Source of the DNA: Abditibacterium sp.
Lineage (GTDB): Bacteria > Armatimonadota > Abditibacteriia > Abditibacteriales > Abditibacteriaceae
Assembly: GCA_965246885.1 (NCBI GenBank)
Contig: OZ251992.1
Span: forward strand, 3,168,001-3,232,000
Direction of reading: 5' to 3'
Length of the DNA stretch: 64,000 bases
How positions within the stretch are numbered: position 1 is the first letter of the stretch; every line of letters begins with the position of its first letter. Position numbers and translations under genes: made by a program. The notes below the pieces were generated by a model. The model saw only the letters and a program-made list of their open reading frames with translations, was not told the DNA's origin and did no database searches. Below, piece by piece: positions 26,827 through 36,681 of this stretch.

Positions 26827-28371
26827 GTGTCCCGCTTGCGTTCCCTATCGCTTCCGCTCTCGCTGTTCCTGCTTGCGCTTCTGGTGCGCGTCGTCGGGTT
26901 GGGATGGGGCTTGCCCAACGCGACGCGCTGGGGGTCGTATCATCCCGACGAATCGCCGCGCCAGATGGTCGGCGCGGTCGCGCTCCACCTCTTGCAAGGC
27001 GACTGGAACCCGCACTTCTTTAACTACCCCTCGGGGTGCATCTACGCGACGACAGTGATTTATTGGCTGATGGCAGCGCTGGGACTAACGACCGTCGCGG
27101 CGCCGTCGGCATATCCTTGGGCGACAATTCGGGACATCATCGTCGCGGGGCGCATCTTGTCGGGGGTCTGCGGGAGCGCGACGGCGGTGTGCGTGTGGGG
27201 CATGGCGCGCGAAGCGGGGTTGCGGCGCGGCGCGGTTTTGGCGGGCGTCTTGGCGGCGCTGTGTCCGGGCTTGGTGCAACATTCGCACTTCGCAACGGTG
27301 GACGTGCCCGCAACCTTCTTCGTGGCCGCGTGTTTGTGGGCGACGCTCCATGCGTTGAACAACCCCGCCCAAACGCGTGGCTGGATAGGGGCGGCGCTGT
27401 TGGCGGGGTTGGCGGCGGGCGCGAAATACAACGCGGGGCTGGTGGTCATTGCGCCGCTTGTGGCGCTCCTGCTGGCGCGGAGTGAGGCGGGGCAGAACAA
27501 ACCCGCGCGTTGGCTCCTCCCCGCGACACCCGCGCTGGCATTGCTCGCGTTTCTGGTCACGACGCCGTACGCGCTCTTGGCGCCGTCACAGTTCTGGGGC
27601 AACGCGCAAACGCAGTCGGGGTTCGGCTATGAACTGCTGGTGCATCCGCGCGAAGGAAGCGGCGAGATATTCCAAGGCACCGGGCTGGGCTGGTGGGTTC
27701 ATCTGACGTTCAACCTGCCCTTCGTCCTCACGTGGCCGCTTTTGCTGGCGGGATTATGGGGCGCGGTTGTCGCGGCGAAAGACCGGCGGCAGTGGCCCCT
27801 GCTCGCGTTCGCGTTGGTGTATTTCCTCATCATCGGCTTCTCGCAGGTGCGCTTCATGCGCTACACCTTTCTGCTCGTGCCGCCGCTTCTGGTGTGGCTA
27901 CCACTTGGCCTCAGGCGCTTGCCCAAGCCCGACGCATGGGCGGGCGCTTTGCTGATGTTCGCGCTCGCGGGCACGAAAGACGCGCTTCTGCCGCTCGTCA
28001 CGCCCGACCCGCGCGACCGGGCGGCGGCCTATATGAGGCGCGTCGGCGGCACGCCCACGCTGGTTGGCAACCCTTGGTTTTACACCCCGCCCTTTCAGCC
28101 GCGCAACGACAACTCGCCGGTGGCAGGCGTGAGAATCGTCGGCTTCGACGCGACGAAACTGACGCCGGGAACGGATACACTCGCAGTAAGCCAATACGAG
28201 GTGCGGGAAGCACTGCGTCTGAGGCCGGACGGCCCCGAAGCGAAGTTCTGGGCAACGGCGGGGCGCGGCGTGCTATTTGATTCGTTCAACACTCCGTTGC
28301 CGGGACGAAACTTCGAGCCGCACGATTATCTGTATACCCATCCGCGCGTTTGGGTTCTCCGTTTGCGCTAA
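26827..28371 (+). CDS. GT-C (family 39/PMT-like) membrane glycosyltransferase
   Basis: YHPDE, NPHFFNYP, SHFATVD, AKYNAG, RY; many TM helices. Confidence 0.8.
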   Translation: MSRLRSLSLPLSLFLLALLVRVVGLGWGLPNATRWGSYHPDESPRQMVGAVALHLLQGDWNPHFFNYPSGCIYATTVIYWLMAALGLTTVAAPSAYPWATIRDIIVAGRILSGVCGSATAVCVWGMAREAGLRRGAVLAGVLAALCPGLVQHSHFATVDVPATFFVAACLWATLHALNNPAQTRGWIGAALLAGLAAGAKYNAGLVVIAPLVALLLARSEAGQNKPARWLLPATPALALLAFLVTTPYALLAPSQFWGNAQTQSGFGYELLVHPREGSGEIFQGTGLGWWVHLTFNLPFVLTWPLLLAGLWGAVVAAKDRRQWPLLAFALVYFLIIGFSQVRFMRYTFLLVPPLLVWLPLGLRRLPKPDAWAGALLMFALAGTKDALLPLVTPDPRDRAAAYMRRVGGTPTLVGNPWFYTPPFQPRNDNSPVAGVRIVGFDATKLTPGTDTLAVSQYEVREALRLRPDGPEAKFWATAGRGVLFDSFNTPLPGRNFEPHDYLYTHPRVWVLRLR

Positions 28372-28382
28372 GCGCTTTTCTC

Positions 28383-29780
28383 ATGGCCTCTCAAATTTCC
28401 TTTGGCACCGACGGCTGGCGCGCGCAAGTCGCCGACGATTACACCTTCGCCAATCTGCGCGAACTCTCCAACGCCCTCGCGGTTTACCTCCTTAAGTTCC
28501 AGCCCGACAAGGTCAAGACCGGCGTTGCCATCGGCTACGACACGCGCTTTCGGAGTGCCGACTTCGCCCGCGTGGTCGCCGATACCCTTGCCGGAGCGGG
28601 GTTGCCCGTCTTCCTATCGGAGCGCGACGCTCCCACGCCTGCCATTGCGTGGGCGACGCGCTCCAAGGGCTTGGCGACGGGCATCATGATTACCGCCTCG
28701 CACAACCCGCCCGCTTACAACGGCTTCAAATTCTTCAACCCACTGGGCGGCCCCGCCGACAAAGACGCCACCAACGCCGTCGAACACGTGCTGGGCAAAA
28801 AGCCGCCCGCCAAGGTTGCTCCCGCAAGCGTGCAACTCTTCGACCCGCGCCCCGCGCTTGTCGAGCAACTGCACCGCGTTGTGGACTTTGACCGCCTCAA
28901 GTCCGTCAAAGGCGTGGCCGTTTACGACGCGGTGTATGGGACGGGGCGCGGCTACGCCGACGCGCTTTTGCGCGAGTGCAAATGGAAAGTTCACGCCATC
29001 CGCGAGAACCCCGACCCGATGTTTGGTGGCATCCTGCCCGACCCCGCTAACCCCGCTTGTAACGCCGCGCTGTGCGCCGAAGTCACCAAGCGCGGCGCCA
29101 ACCTCGGCTTGGCCAACGACCCCGACGCCGACCGCTTTGGCATCGTGGACTCGACCGGGCAATACCTCACCCCCAACCAAATCCTGCCCATCCTGTATTT
29201 TCACCTCTTGGAAACGCGCGGACACGGGCCAGTCGCCCGCACCCTGCCGACGACGGGGATGTTGGACGCCATCGCCAAAGCCTACGGCCAAGAAGTCATT
29301 GAAACGCCGGTCGGCTTCAAGTGGGTCGGCGCGGCCATCGAAGAACAGAACGCGCTATTGGGCGGCGAGGAATCGGGCGGACTTTCCATCCGGGGGCACT
29401 ACGGCGGCAAAGATGGCGTGTTGGCCGACCTGCTACTTGCGGAAGTGTGGGCGACGCACCAGAAGCCGTTGGGCCAACTGCTCAAGGAACTGGAGAAAAA
29501 GTTCGGCCAGTTCTTTTCAACGCGCACGGACTTGCATTTAGAGGACGAGCCGAAGCGCGCGCTCATGGAGCGGATGAAGAACACGCCGCCGCTCGAAGTC
29601 GCGGGGCAAAAAGTCGTCAAAGTCGTGGCGACGGACGGCGTGAAACTCACCCTTGCCGATGGCAGTTGGCTTCTCCTGCGCGCGTCGGGAACCGAGCCGC
29701 TCGTGCGCGTTTATTCGGAAGCGGGCAGCCAGAAGAAACTAAAGACGTTGGAAGCGGCGGCGACCAAGTTAGCGACGTAA
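28383..29780 (+). CDS. phosphoglucomutase/phosphomannomutase
   Basis: FGTDGWR, TASHNP, DPDADR, GEESGG, RASGTEP. Confidence 0.95.
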   Translation: MASQISFGTDGWRAQVADDYTFANLRELSNALAVYLLKFQPDKVKTGVAIGYDTRFRSADFARVVADTLAGAGLPVFLSERDAPTPAIAWATRSKGLATGIMITASHNPPAYNGFKFFNPLGGPADKDATNAVEHVLGKKPPAKVAPASVQLFDPRPALVEQLHRVVDFDRLKSVKGVAVYDAVYGTGRGYADALLRECKWKVHAIRENPDPMFGGILPDPANPACNAALCAEVTKRGANLGLANDPDADRFGIVDSTGQYLTPNQILPILYFHLLETRGHGPVARTLPTTGMLDAIAKAYGQEVIETPVGFKWVGAAIEEQNALLGGEESGGLSIRGHYGGKDGVLADLLLAEVWATHQKPLGQLLKELEKKFGQFFSTRTDLHLEDEPKRALMERMKNTPPLEVAGQKVVKVVATDGVKLTLADGSWLLLRASGTEPLVRVYSEAGSQKKLKTLEAAATKLAT

Positions 29781-29796
29781 GCGGCGCGGTGGCGCG

Positions 29797-29922
29797 CGTC
29801 TGTCACTCATCGGCGCGCGTCTGTCAGCGATTCCCGCGCGTCTGTCAGCGATTCCCGCGCGTCTGTCAGCGATTCCCGCGCGTCTGTCAGCGATTCCCGC
29901 GCGTCTGTCACTCGACGGCAGA
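29797..29922. repeat. R21 repeat locus 2 (four identical and two variant 21-bp units)
   Basis: CGTCTGTCAGCGATTCCCGCG at 29818,29839,29860,29881; variants at 29797 and 29902. Confidence 0.95.
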
Positions 29923-30061
29923 CGGCGGCGGATGACTCCCGGAGGGCGGCGGGCGCATGATTTTCCGCTCTTGGAGTGCGCCCGATGCTTAAACTGCGCC
30001 CGTTTTGGCACGCGCTTCGGCACTTGGAGAGGGGCGGGGCGTCTAAAGGTCAGCTTTTCCG

Positions 30062-31747
30062 ATGAAAACCACTTGGCTTCCTTTGAGTTTGCACTTGGCG
30101 CGCGCGGCGCTCCGTCCGGCGCTCTTGGCCGTTCCCGTTTTGTGCGTGGCAGGCATGGCACAGGCGCAGGACGCACCGACCATTGTGTTCCCGCAGCCCA
30201 ATCAAGACGTGCGCGGCGAAATCGCGGCGCGCTTCGAGGGAATTCCCGCAGGCGGCTATGCCATCATCAAGCTCGCCAAGCAAGGCGAGCCAGTGCAATT
30301 CAAAACAGCCACCGCGCAGGGCACTTTTACTCTCGACACCCTCGCCGATACAGCCAGTTTTAGCGGAGACGGCTTGTATACGCTCGAAGTTACCTCGCTC
30401 AACGCGGGCGGGCGGGCGCTGGGCACGGCGTCCGTCACGTTCAACGTGGCCAACAACAAAGTCGCCGACAACTCCGAGTCCACACGCCTCGTGCACTGGA
30501 CGCCCGCCGACCGCCTCAACGACGGCGTGCAACGTTACCGCGTTTTCGCCGAGTCCAACGCCGACATCACCGAACCCAGCACGAATAGCGGAGGAAGCGG
30601 CGCCGGGAGCGCAGGGGGCGGCGGTGCCCCCGGAGGCGGCGGGGGCGGAGCCGATTCCGGCGGAGGCGGCGTGCAGTACATTTCCGCTCCGCTCGACTGG
30701 CAAGTGTCGGTGCTGTTGCGCCGCGAACTGCGCGACGCGTACGGCTATGACAAAGCCGCCAATGTTGCGACAGTGGTCGCCGAAGCGTGGCAACACCAGC
30801 GTTTGGGCACCGGTGGAGGGGGAGGAGCCGGAAGTGCGCCAGCCGCCGCCCCGGTTCGCACCAGACGCAAACGCGGCGTCAAGGCGGGGCCGGCCATCAA
30901 AATCAAAGGCCCTTGGAACCCCGTCTGGGTGCAAGGGCCAGAGTTGGCCAAATTCTACATCAAGGCCATCCAGCAAACCGGCGACGAGATCAACGCGACC
31001 CGCAAAGTCAACAGCATCGCTTTGGCCGACCTATTGCCCACCTTCCCCACAGTTGCGGTGCGTCCCGGCTCGACGTGGAACTCGCGCCAAACAATCATCT
31101 CCGATCTGAGTACCCGCAAGCCGATTAACATCGAGGGCGCCATCACCTTCACCTCCTACGAGAACATCCAAACTCCGGCGGGTGTAAGTCGCCGATGCGC
31201 CAAGATCGAGTCCCGGTTCCCATTGCCCGATCAAGTCGCCAAGCGCATCGCCGCCGACATCGGCAACAAAGTCGGCAAAAGCGGCGGGGCCGGGGGCGGC
31301 GCGGCGGGAGGAGGCGCGCCCAGCGCGCCATTGGGGGGCGCTTCCGGTGCCGCCGGAGGAGCCGCCGCAGACACGGGGCTGTTGCCCGAAGATATAGATG
31401 TCGCGCAGTTCAACATGGCGCGCGTGATTTGGTTCGACATGGACAAACACCAAGTCGTGCGCTCCGAGGACACGCTGCAAGCGTATTTCGAGATTCCCAA
31501 AGATAGTGGGAGTGACGCCACTGGCGCGGGCGGGGCGGCACCGGGCGCTCTGGTACCGGGCGGCGACGCAGGTGGCGCCGACGCCGCCCCCTCCGAGCCG
31601 ACCAAAGTCAACTATTCCATGAACGTCACGACTTGGCTGGACGACCGCTTGCCGTCCCCATCGGAGAAATACAACGCCGGTGCGGGCACCGCGCACTCTC
31701 GCAGCAACGTCAAGGAAATCGGCCTGTCGCGCATTACCAAGCGCTAA
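30062..31747 (+). CDS. secreted hypothetical protein with Gly-rich loops
   Basis: signal peptide (AQA-Q), Ig-like N-terminus, VRPGSTW motif, four Gly/Ala tracts. Confidence 0.7.
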   Translation: MKTTWLPLSLHLARAALRPALLAVPVLCVAGMAQAQDAPTIVFPQPNQDVRGEIAARFEGIPAGGYAIIKLAKQGEPVQFKTATAQGTFTLDTLADTASFSGDGLYTLEVTSLNAGGRALGTASVTFNVANNKVADNSESTRLVHWTPADRLNDGVQRYRVFAESNADITEPSTNSGGSGAGSAGGGGAPGGGGGGADSGGGGVQYISAPLDWQVSVLLRRELRDAYGYDKAANVATVVAEAWQHQRLGTGGGGGAGSAPAAAPVRTRRKRGVKAGPAIKIKGPWNPVWVQGPELAKFYIKAIQQTGDEINATRKVNSIALADLLPTFPTVAVRPGSTWNSRQTIISDLSTRKPINIEGAITFTSYENIQTPAGVSRRCAKIESRFPLPDQVAKRIAADIGNKVGKSGGAGGGAAGGGAPSAPLGGASGAAGGAAADTGLLPEDIDVAQFNMARVIWFDMDKHQVVRSEDTLQAYFEIPKDSGSDATGAGGAAPGALVPGGDAGGADAAPSEPTKVNYSMNVTTWLDDRLPSPSEKYNAGAGTAHSRSNVKEIGLSRITKR

Positions 31748-31774
31748 ACTGGCTGCTCCGCAGCCAATTCACCG

Positions 31775-31807
31775 CGCCCCGCTCCCACGAGCGGGGCGTT
31801 TTTGTTT
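31775..31807 (+). terminator. intrinsic terminator
   Basis: CGCCCCGCTC/GAGCGGGGCG stem + TTTTTGTTT. Confidence 0.8.
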
Positions 31808-31809
31808 GG

Positions 31810-31838
31810 GTGAAAGCGGAGAAAGGCTTCGTTATACT
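31810..31838 (+). promoter_or_regulatory. putative sigma70 promoter
   Basis: GTGAAA-N17-TATACT. Confidence 0.5.
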
Positions 31839-31844
31839 CTTGGC

Positions 31845-32000
31845 CCCGCCTGAGGCGGCGCTCGCCCCCTGATTGAGAGCGCCCGCCACCGCCGTTTCGC
31901 CATGATGCTCTTGTGTGCCCTTTTTCTTTGCTGCCTCGTGCTTGCACCGGGCGCAGTTTGGGGCGGCGAGACGGCGCGGTGGGAACGCAGGGGCGCGCGC
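31845..32000 (+). ncRNA. candidate structured RNA/leader upstream of rny (6S-like rod)
   Basis: 31858-31901 can pair with 31965-32000 in a long interrupted stem; lies between a predicted promoter and the rny RBS. Confidence 0.35.
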
Positions 32001-32040
32001 CCATCCAGTCAAATCCACCGCGCGCGCCACCAAGGACTCC

Positions 32041-33603
32041 GTGATTCAACCGACCCTATTGATGTGGGCGGCGTTGGCATTATTGCTCGCATTGGGAAGC
32101 GCCGTCGGCGTTTTCGCGTTTTTCGAGAGATCGAAGAAGGAAGCGGCGCTGCTGTTAGCCAGCGTTGCGCACGAACAACTCGCAGCCAAAGAAGCCGACC
32201 TCGCCCGCCGCACCAAAGAACTCCAGTTAGAAGCCCGCGACGAGATGCAGCGCGAACTTTCGCGCTTGCGCGAACTCATCGAACAGGAAGCCGCCGCCCG
32301 CCGCGCCGAACTGAAGGAGTCCGAAGCCCGCATCCGCGAGCGCGAAGCACACCTCGAACGAAGGTCTAAGACGCTCGATGGCCGCGAGAAATCCCTCGGC
32401 GCCAAGGAGAACGAACTCGACGGGCGCCTCTTGGAAGTCGCCAATCTCGCGCAGCAACGCGTCGAAGAGTTGCACCGCGTCGCTGCCCTCAACCCCGCCG
32501 ACGCGCGGGAATTGGTCTTGTCGCGCGTCGAAACCGAGTCGCGCGCGGCGATGGCGGGGGTCGCCGCCCGCATCGAAGAGCGCGCCCGCGAGGACGCTGA
32601 AGAGCGCGCCCGCAAAATACTCGCGCTCGCCATCCAACGCTGCGCCGTTGACCAAACCGCCGAAACCGCCGTTTCGGTCGTGGTCTTGCCGAGCGAGGAT
32701 TTGAAGGGCCGCATCATCGGGCGCGAGGGGCGCAACATCCGCACCTTCGAGCAACTGTCTGGGACGGATTTAATCATTGACGACACGCCCGAAGCCGTCA
32801 TGGTGTCGTGCTTCGACCCCGTGCGCCGCGAGATCGCCCGCACCGCGCTGTCCAACCTCGTCAACGACGGGCGCATCCACCCCGCGCGCATTGAAGAAAC
32901 CCTTGTTCGCGCCGAGGGCGAAGTCAACCAAAAGATGCGCGAGGCCGCCGACCGCGCCTCAGCCGAAGCGAACGTGCGGCTTTCCAAGCCCGTCTTGGAA
33001 GTGTTCGGCAAACTGCTTTACCGCACGAGCTACGGGCAGAACATCCTCCAGCACAGCGTCGAAATGGCGAAGATTGCCGCGTCGATCGCCGCCGAACTGG
33101 GCGCTGATGTGCAGGTCGCCAAGCGCGCCGCCCTGCTCCACGACATCGGCAAAGCCCTCGACCACAACCACGAGGGCACGCACGTTGACTTGGGAGTGGA
33201 ACTCTTGAAGCGGCACCGCGAAAGCGACGCCGTCGTGCGCGCGGCGGGCGAGCATCACCTCGACGTCGGACAGATGAGCAGCCTCGAATCCGTCATTGTG
33301 CAAATCGCCGACATGATTTCCAGTTCGCGCCCCGGCGCGCGCCGCGAAAACGTCGAGATTTACATCAAGCGCCTTGAGTTGCTGGAGCGCATCGCCGATT
33401 CGTTCCCCGGCGTCGAGAAGTCCTTCGCCATCCAAGCGGGCCGCGAAGTGCGCATCGTCGTCAAGCCCGACCAAGTGGACGACCTCGCCGCTCTGCGTTT
33501 GGCGCGCGACGTGGCCCAGCGCGTGCAAGACGAAATGACTTACCCCGGCGAAATCCGTGTGACTGTTATCCGCGAAACCCGCGCCACCGACGTGGCCCGA
33601 TAG
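32041..33603 (+). CDS. rny: ribonuclease Y
   Basis: N-terminal TM, coiled coil, KH (KGRIIGREGRNIR), HD (LLHDIGK); AAGGA before GTG 32041. Confidence 0.96.
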   Translation: MIQPTLLMWAALALLLALGSAVGVFAFFERSKKEAALLLASVAHEQLAAKEADLARRTKELQLEARDEMQRELSRLRELIEQEAAARRAELKESEARIREREAHLERRSKTLDGREKSLGAKENELDGRLLEVANLAQQRVEELHRVAALNPADARELVLSRVETESRAAMAGVAARIEERAREDAEERARKILALAIQRCAVDQTAETAVSVVVLPSEDLKGRIIGREGRNIRTFEQLSGTDLIIDDTPEAVMVSCFDPVRREIARTALSNLVNDGRIHPARIEETLVRAEGEVNQKMREAADRASAEANVRLSKPVLEVFGKLLYRTSYGQNILQHSVEMAKIAASIAAELGADVQVAKRAALLHDIGKALDHNHEGTHVDLGVELLKRHRESDAVVRAAGEHHLDVGQMSSLESVIVQIADMISSSRPGARRENVEIYIKRLELLERIADSFPGVEKSFAIQAGREVRIVVKPDQVDDLAALRLARDVAQRVQDEMTYPGEIRVTVIRETRATDVAR

Positions 33604-33619
33604 TTCGCCTCTTTCCAAG

Positions 33620-33690
33620 AACCCAGAGCGTGAGCGACGGGCACGCCCATCAGTGACGGTGCGGCGTGCCCGTCGCTCACGCTCTGGGTT
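33620..33690. repeat. REP-like long palindrome, family C
   Basis: 28-bp perfect arms AACCCAGAGCGTGAGCGACGGGCACGCC, 15-nt loop, T-run after. Confidence 0.8.
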
Positions 33691-33770
33691 TTTAAACCCT
33701 CTAAGCGGCTTGTGTGCTAAACAAAAGCCGACATTATTCCGCAGCCGCCCCAATCCATCGCCGCCCACTT

Positions 33771-34034
33771 ATGCAGACCTTGCGCGTTTCCGCCAAATCG
33801 AAGCCCAACACCGTCGCCGGAGCCATCGCGGGCGTCATCCGCGAGGACGGCCAAGTCGAAGTGCAAACCGTCGGCGCCGCCGCGCTCAACCAAGCCGTCA
33901 AAGCCATCGCCATCGCGCGCGGCTTTCTCATCTCCAGCGGCACCGACCTCGTGTGCGTCCCCTCGTTTTCCGACATCGAAATAGACGGCAACGAACGCAC
34001 CGCCATCCGCCTCCTCGTCACACCGAGGAAGTAA
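33771..34034 (+). CDS. spoVS: stage V sporulation protein S family
   Basis: LRVSAKSKPNTVAGAIAG, GAAALNQAVKAIAIARGF, ERTAI. Confidence 0.95.
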   Translation: MQTLRVSAKSKPNTVAGAIAGVIREDGQVEVQTVGAAALNQAVKAIAIARGFLISSGTDLVCVPSFSDIEIDGNERTAIRLLVTPRK

Positions 34035-34043
34035 AACGCCCTC

Positions 34044-34520
34044 ATGGTGCCGCTCGACCCCGCCCAACGCCGATTGTTCTGGCAAGGATTCTGGGTGAGC
34101 GTGGCATTTCGCTATTTCGCTTATGCATTGGGCTTCGCTTTGTATGAGGTCGCGTTCTCACTGCCTATATCGCGCGGTTTGATTTCGGGGGTTGCTTGGG
34201 TTCCCATATTCCTCAGCCTCTCATGGGCACCTTTTATCATCCCGTTTCTGGCAGGCTTCCTCGCCGCTTACTTTTGGCGCGGGATTCCTTGGAACGCTGA
34301 CGGCAAGAGTCTCTCGTCAGCGATTTTGTGGAGTGCCGCCGCTTTTCTACCGTACATCATTGCGTGTTGCTTGGGGTTATTTCTCTTGATTACATATTTT
34401 GCGTGGGCGGTGTCGACTGCGGAATCAAGTTCTGGGACAGCCGCCAAGGGCGCCAGTTCTTCGGCGACTTTTCCACGCGCGACGAGGGCGAAGACGACGC
34501 TTGAGGCTACCGCGCTTTGA
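34044..34520 (+). CDS. hypothetical membrane protein
   Basis: multiple hydrophobic segments, lower GC. Confidence 0.5.
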   Translation: MVPLDPAQRRLFWQGFWVSVAFRYFAYALGFALYEVAFSLPISRGLISGVAWVPIFLSLSWAPFIIPFLAGFLAAYFWRGIPWNADGKSLSSAILWSAAAFLPYIIACCLGLFLLITYFAWAVSTAESSSGTAAKGASSSATFPRATRAKTTLEATAL

Positions 34521-35796
34521 CCGCGACGCGCTCTAATCGCTCGAAGAAGTCGGGGAAGGTTTTGGCGACGCAGCCGGGGTCGCGGATTTCGATGCCGGGA
34601 GAGCGCAGGCCGGTGATGGCGAAACTCATCGCCATGCGGTGGTCGTCGTAGGTTTTGATGGCGGCGCGCTTGAGTTTTTTGGCGGGGTGGATGAGTAGCC
34701 CATCGGGGCGCTCTTCGACGCGCACGCCGAGGCGCGAAAGCTCGGTCGTCAGGGCGCTCAGGCGGTCGGTTTCTTTGCCCCGGATGTGGGCGACATCCGT
34801 AATCTCGACGGGCGCATCGGCGAAGGGGGCAATCGCCGCGAGCGTCATCACCGTGTCGGACACGGCGTTCATGTCGAAACTGCCGCCGCGTAGCGCGCCG
34901 TTGGCGGGGCCGACGACTTCAATGAAGTGCTTGCCCTTTTTGACGGCGCAGCCCATCGCGGCGAGGATGTCCACGAAGCCGACATCGCCTTGCAGGGCGC
35001 CCTTGCCGAGGTTCTTGACACGAATCTTGCCGCCCGTGAGCGCCGCCGCCGCGAAAAAGTAGCTTGCGCCCGAAGCGTCCGGCTCGATTTGATACTTCTC
35101 CTGCGCCGTGAAGCTCTGCCCACCGGGGATGTGGAAGCGCTCCAAGTTCTCCTGCTCGCTTCGGGCGCCCCATTGAGCGAGCATGGCGAGCGTCATTTCA
35201 ACGTAGGGCTTGGAAAAGAGCGGGCCTTCGATGGCGATGTCCAGCCCGTCGCGCGTCTTGGGGCCGATAAGCAGAAGCGCCGAGAGGAACTGGCTCGAAG
35301 CGTCGCCGCGAATCGAAACGCGCCCTCCGTCTAACCCGTGCGCCCCGATTTCGAGGGGCAAGCACTCGTTGGCGCTCCAGATGTGCGCGCCGAGGGTTCG
35401 GAGCGCGCCTAACAGGTCGCCGATGGGACGCGCCCTCATGCGCGGCACGCCGTCGAGGTGCCACGTCCCTTGCCCCAAGCACAGCGCCGCCGTCAAGAAG
35501 CGCACGGCAGTTCCGGCGTTGCCCAGAAACAGTTCGCCCTCGCCCGCAAAGCGCCCGCCCCGCCCGTCCACCTCGAACCATTCCTTGGCCGCGTCCGAGC
35601 GCACCGGCACTCCCAGTTGAAGCAGCGCCTGACTCATGTAATGCGTGTCGTCCGAAAACAGCGCGCCTTCCAACCGCGACGTGCCTTCGCACAGCGCCGC
35701 CAAAAGCAGCGCGCGGTTGGTGATGGATTTGGAGCCGGGCACGCGCACCGTCGCATCAACGGGCCGCGCGACGGGATGGATGAGGAGATTGGACAC
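34507..35796 (-). CDS. aroA: EPSP synthase
   Basis: PGSKSITNR, LGNAGTAVRF, SSQFLS, KETDR, DDHRMAM, KTFP. Confidence 0.97.
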   Translation of the reverse strand: MSNLLIHPVARPVDATVRVPGSKSITNRALLLAALCEGTSRLEGALFSDDTHYMSQALLQLGVPVRSDAAKEWFEVDGRGGRFAGEGELFLGNAGTAVRFLTAALCLGQGTWHLDGVPRMRARPIGDLLGALRTLGAHIWSANECLPLEIGAHGLDGGRVSIRGDASSQFLSALLLIGPKTRDGLDIAIEGPLFSKPYVEMTLAMLAQWGARSEQENLERFHIPGGQSFTAQEKYQIEPDASGASYFFAAAALTGGKIRVKNLGKGALQGDVGFVDILAAMGCAVKKGKHFIEVVGPANGALRGGSFDMNAVSDTVMTLAAIAPFADAPVEITDVAHIRGKETDRLSALTTELSRLGVRVEERPDGLLIHPAKKLKRAAIKTYDDHRMAMSFAITGLRSPGIEIRDPGCVAKTFPDFFERLERVAVKAR

Positions 35797-35826
35797 GGGA
35801 CGTTCGGGAGAGTTTGCCAGCGTACG

Positions 35827-36675
35827 CTAAAACCCCCGCCGCTCCCGCGCGGCGGCTTCGAGCCACGCTTCCAAACCGTCGCGGTCGCGCGCGGCGACGA
35901 GGGCGCGCAGTGTGTCCAATTCCCCGGCGAACCCGGCGAGGGCGGCTTCAATGGCGGGCGCGTTGTCAAGACAAATATCGCGCCACATTTCGGCGCTGCC
36001 TGCCGCGACGCGGGTGGAATCCCGCCAGCCGCTTGCCACCAAGTCGGCGATGACTGGGGCGCCTGCTTTGGCGCGCAGGAACGAGTGCACGAGCGCCGAA
36101 GCCGTCAAGTGCGGCAGGTGCGACGAGACGGCGAGCAAGCAGTCGTGTTCATCGGGCGCCATTTCGAGGGGACGGGCGCCCAGTTTTTCGGCCAAGGCGC
36201 GCATTTGTCCGAGGGCAATGGCGTCGGTGCGCGGTGTGGGCGTGAGAATCCAGACGGCGCCCTCGAACAAATCGGCGCGCGCGGCGCCGGGGCCGGACTC
36301 GGCACTTCCTGCCATCGGGTGCCCGCCCACGAAATGCGCGTCGGGAAAGAGCGGCTCGCACCCTTTCACCACGCGCGCTTTGGTCGAGCCGCCGTCAGAC
36401 ACGAGGCACCCCGGCGCAACGACGGGCGCGATTTGAGCGCACAACGCGGCCATCTGGCCAACGGGCGAGGCGAGAAAGACGAAGTCCGCGCCCGTCGCGG
36501 CTTCAACGGCGTCGGTTGTGACATCATCGCACACCCCCATTTCAAGGGCAACGCGCAGCGTTTCTTCGCGCCGCGCCACCCCGACGACGTGCCGCGCCAA
36601 GCCGCGCCCCTTGAGCGCGAGGCCGAGCGAGCCGCCGATTAACCCGACGCCGATGACCGCGACTTTTTGGAACAT
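35827..36675 (-). CDS. tyrA: prephenate/arogenate dehydrogenase
   Basis: GVGLIGGS, DGGSTK, HPMAGS, SHLPH, RDSTRVA. Confidence 0.93.
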   Translation of the reverse strand: MFQKVAVIGVGLIGGSLGLALKGRGLARHVVGVARREETLRVALEMGVCDDVTTDAVEAATGADFVFLASPVGQMAALCAQIAPVVAPGCLVSDGGSTKARVVKGCEPLFPDAHFVGGHPMAGSAESGPGAARADLFEGAVWILTPTPRTDAIALGQMRALAEKLGARPLEMAPDEHDCLLAVSSHLPHLTASALVHSFLRAKAGAPVIADLVASGWRDSTRVAAGSAEMWRDICLDNAPAIEAALAGFAGELDTLRALVAARDRDGLEAWLEAAARERRGF

Positions 36676-36681
36676 AAGCGG

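Noticed and set aside
29797..29922. CRISPR array
   Set aside because: Units are head-to-tail 21-mers with no unique spacers, and no cas genes are in the window.
30005..30022. Sigma54 promoter TTGGCACGCGCTTCGGCA
   Set aside because: GG to GC spacing is 11 rather than the required 10, and TTGC is absent.
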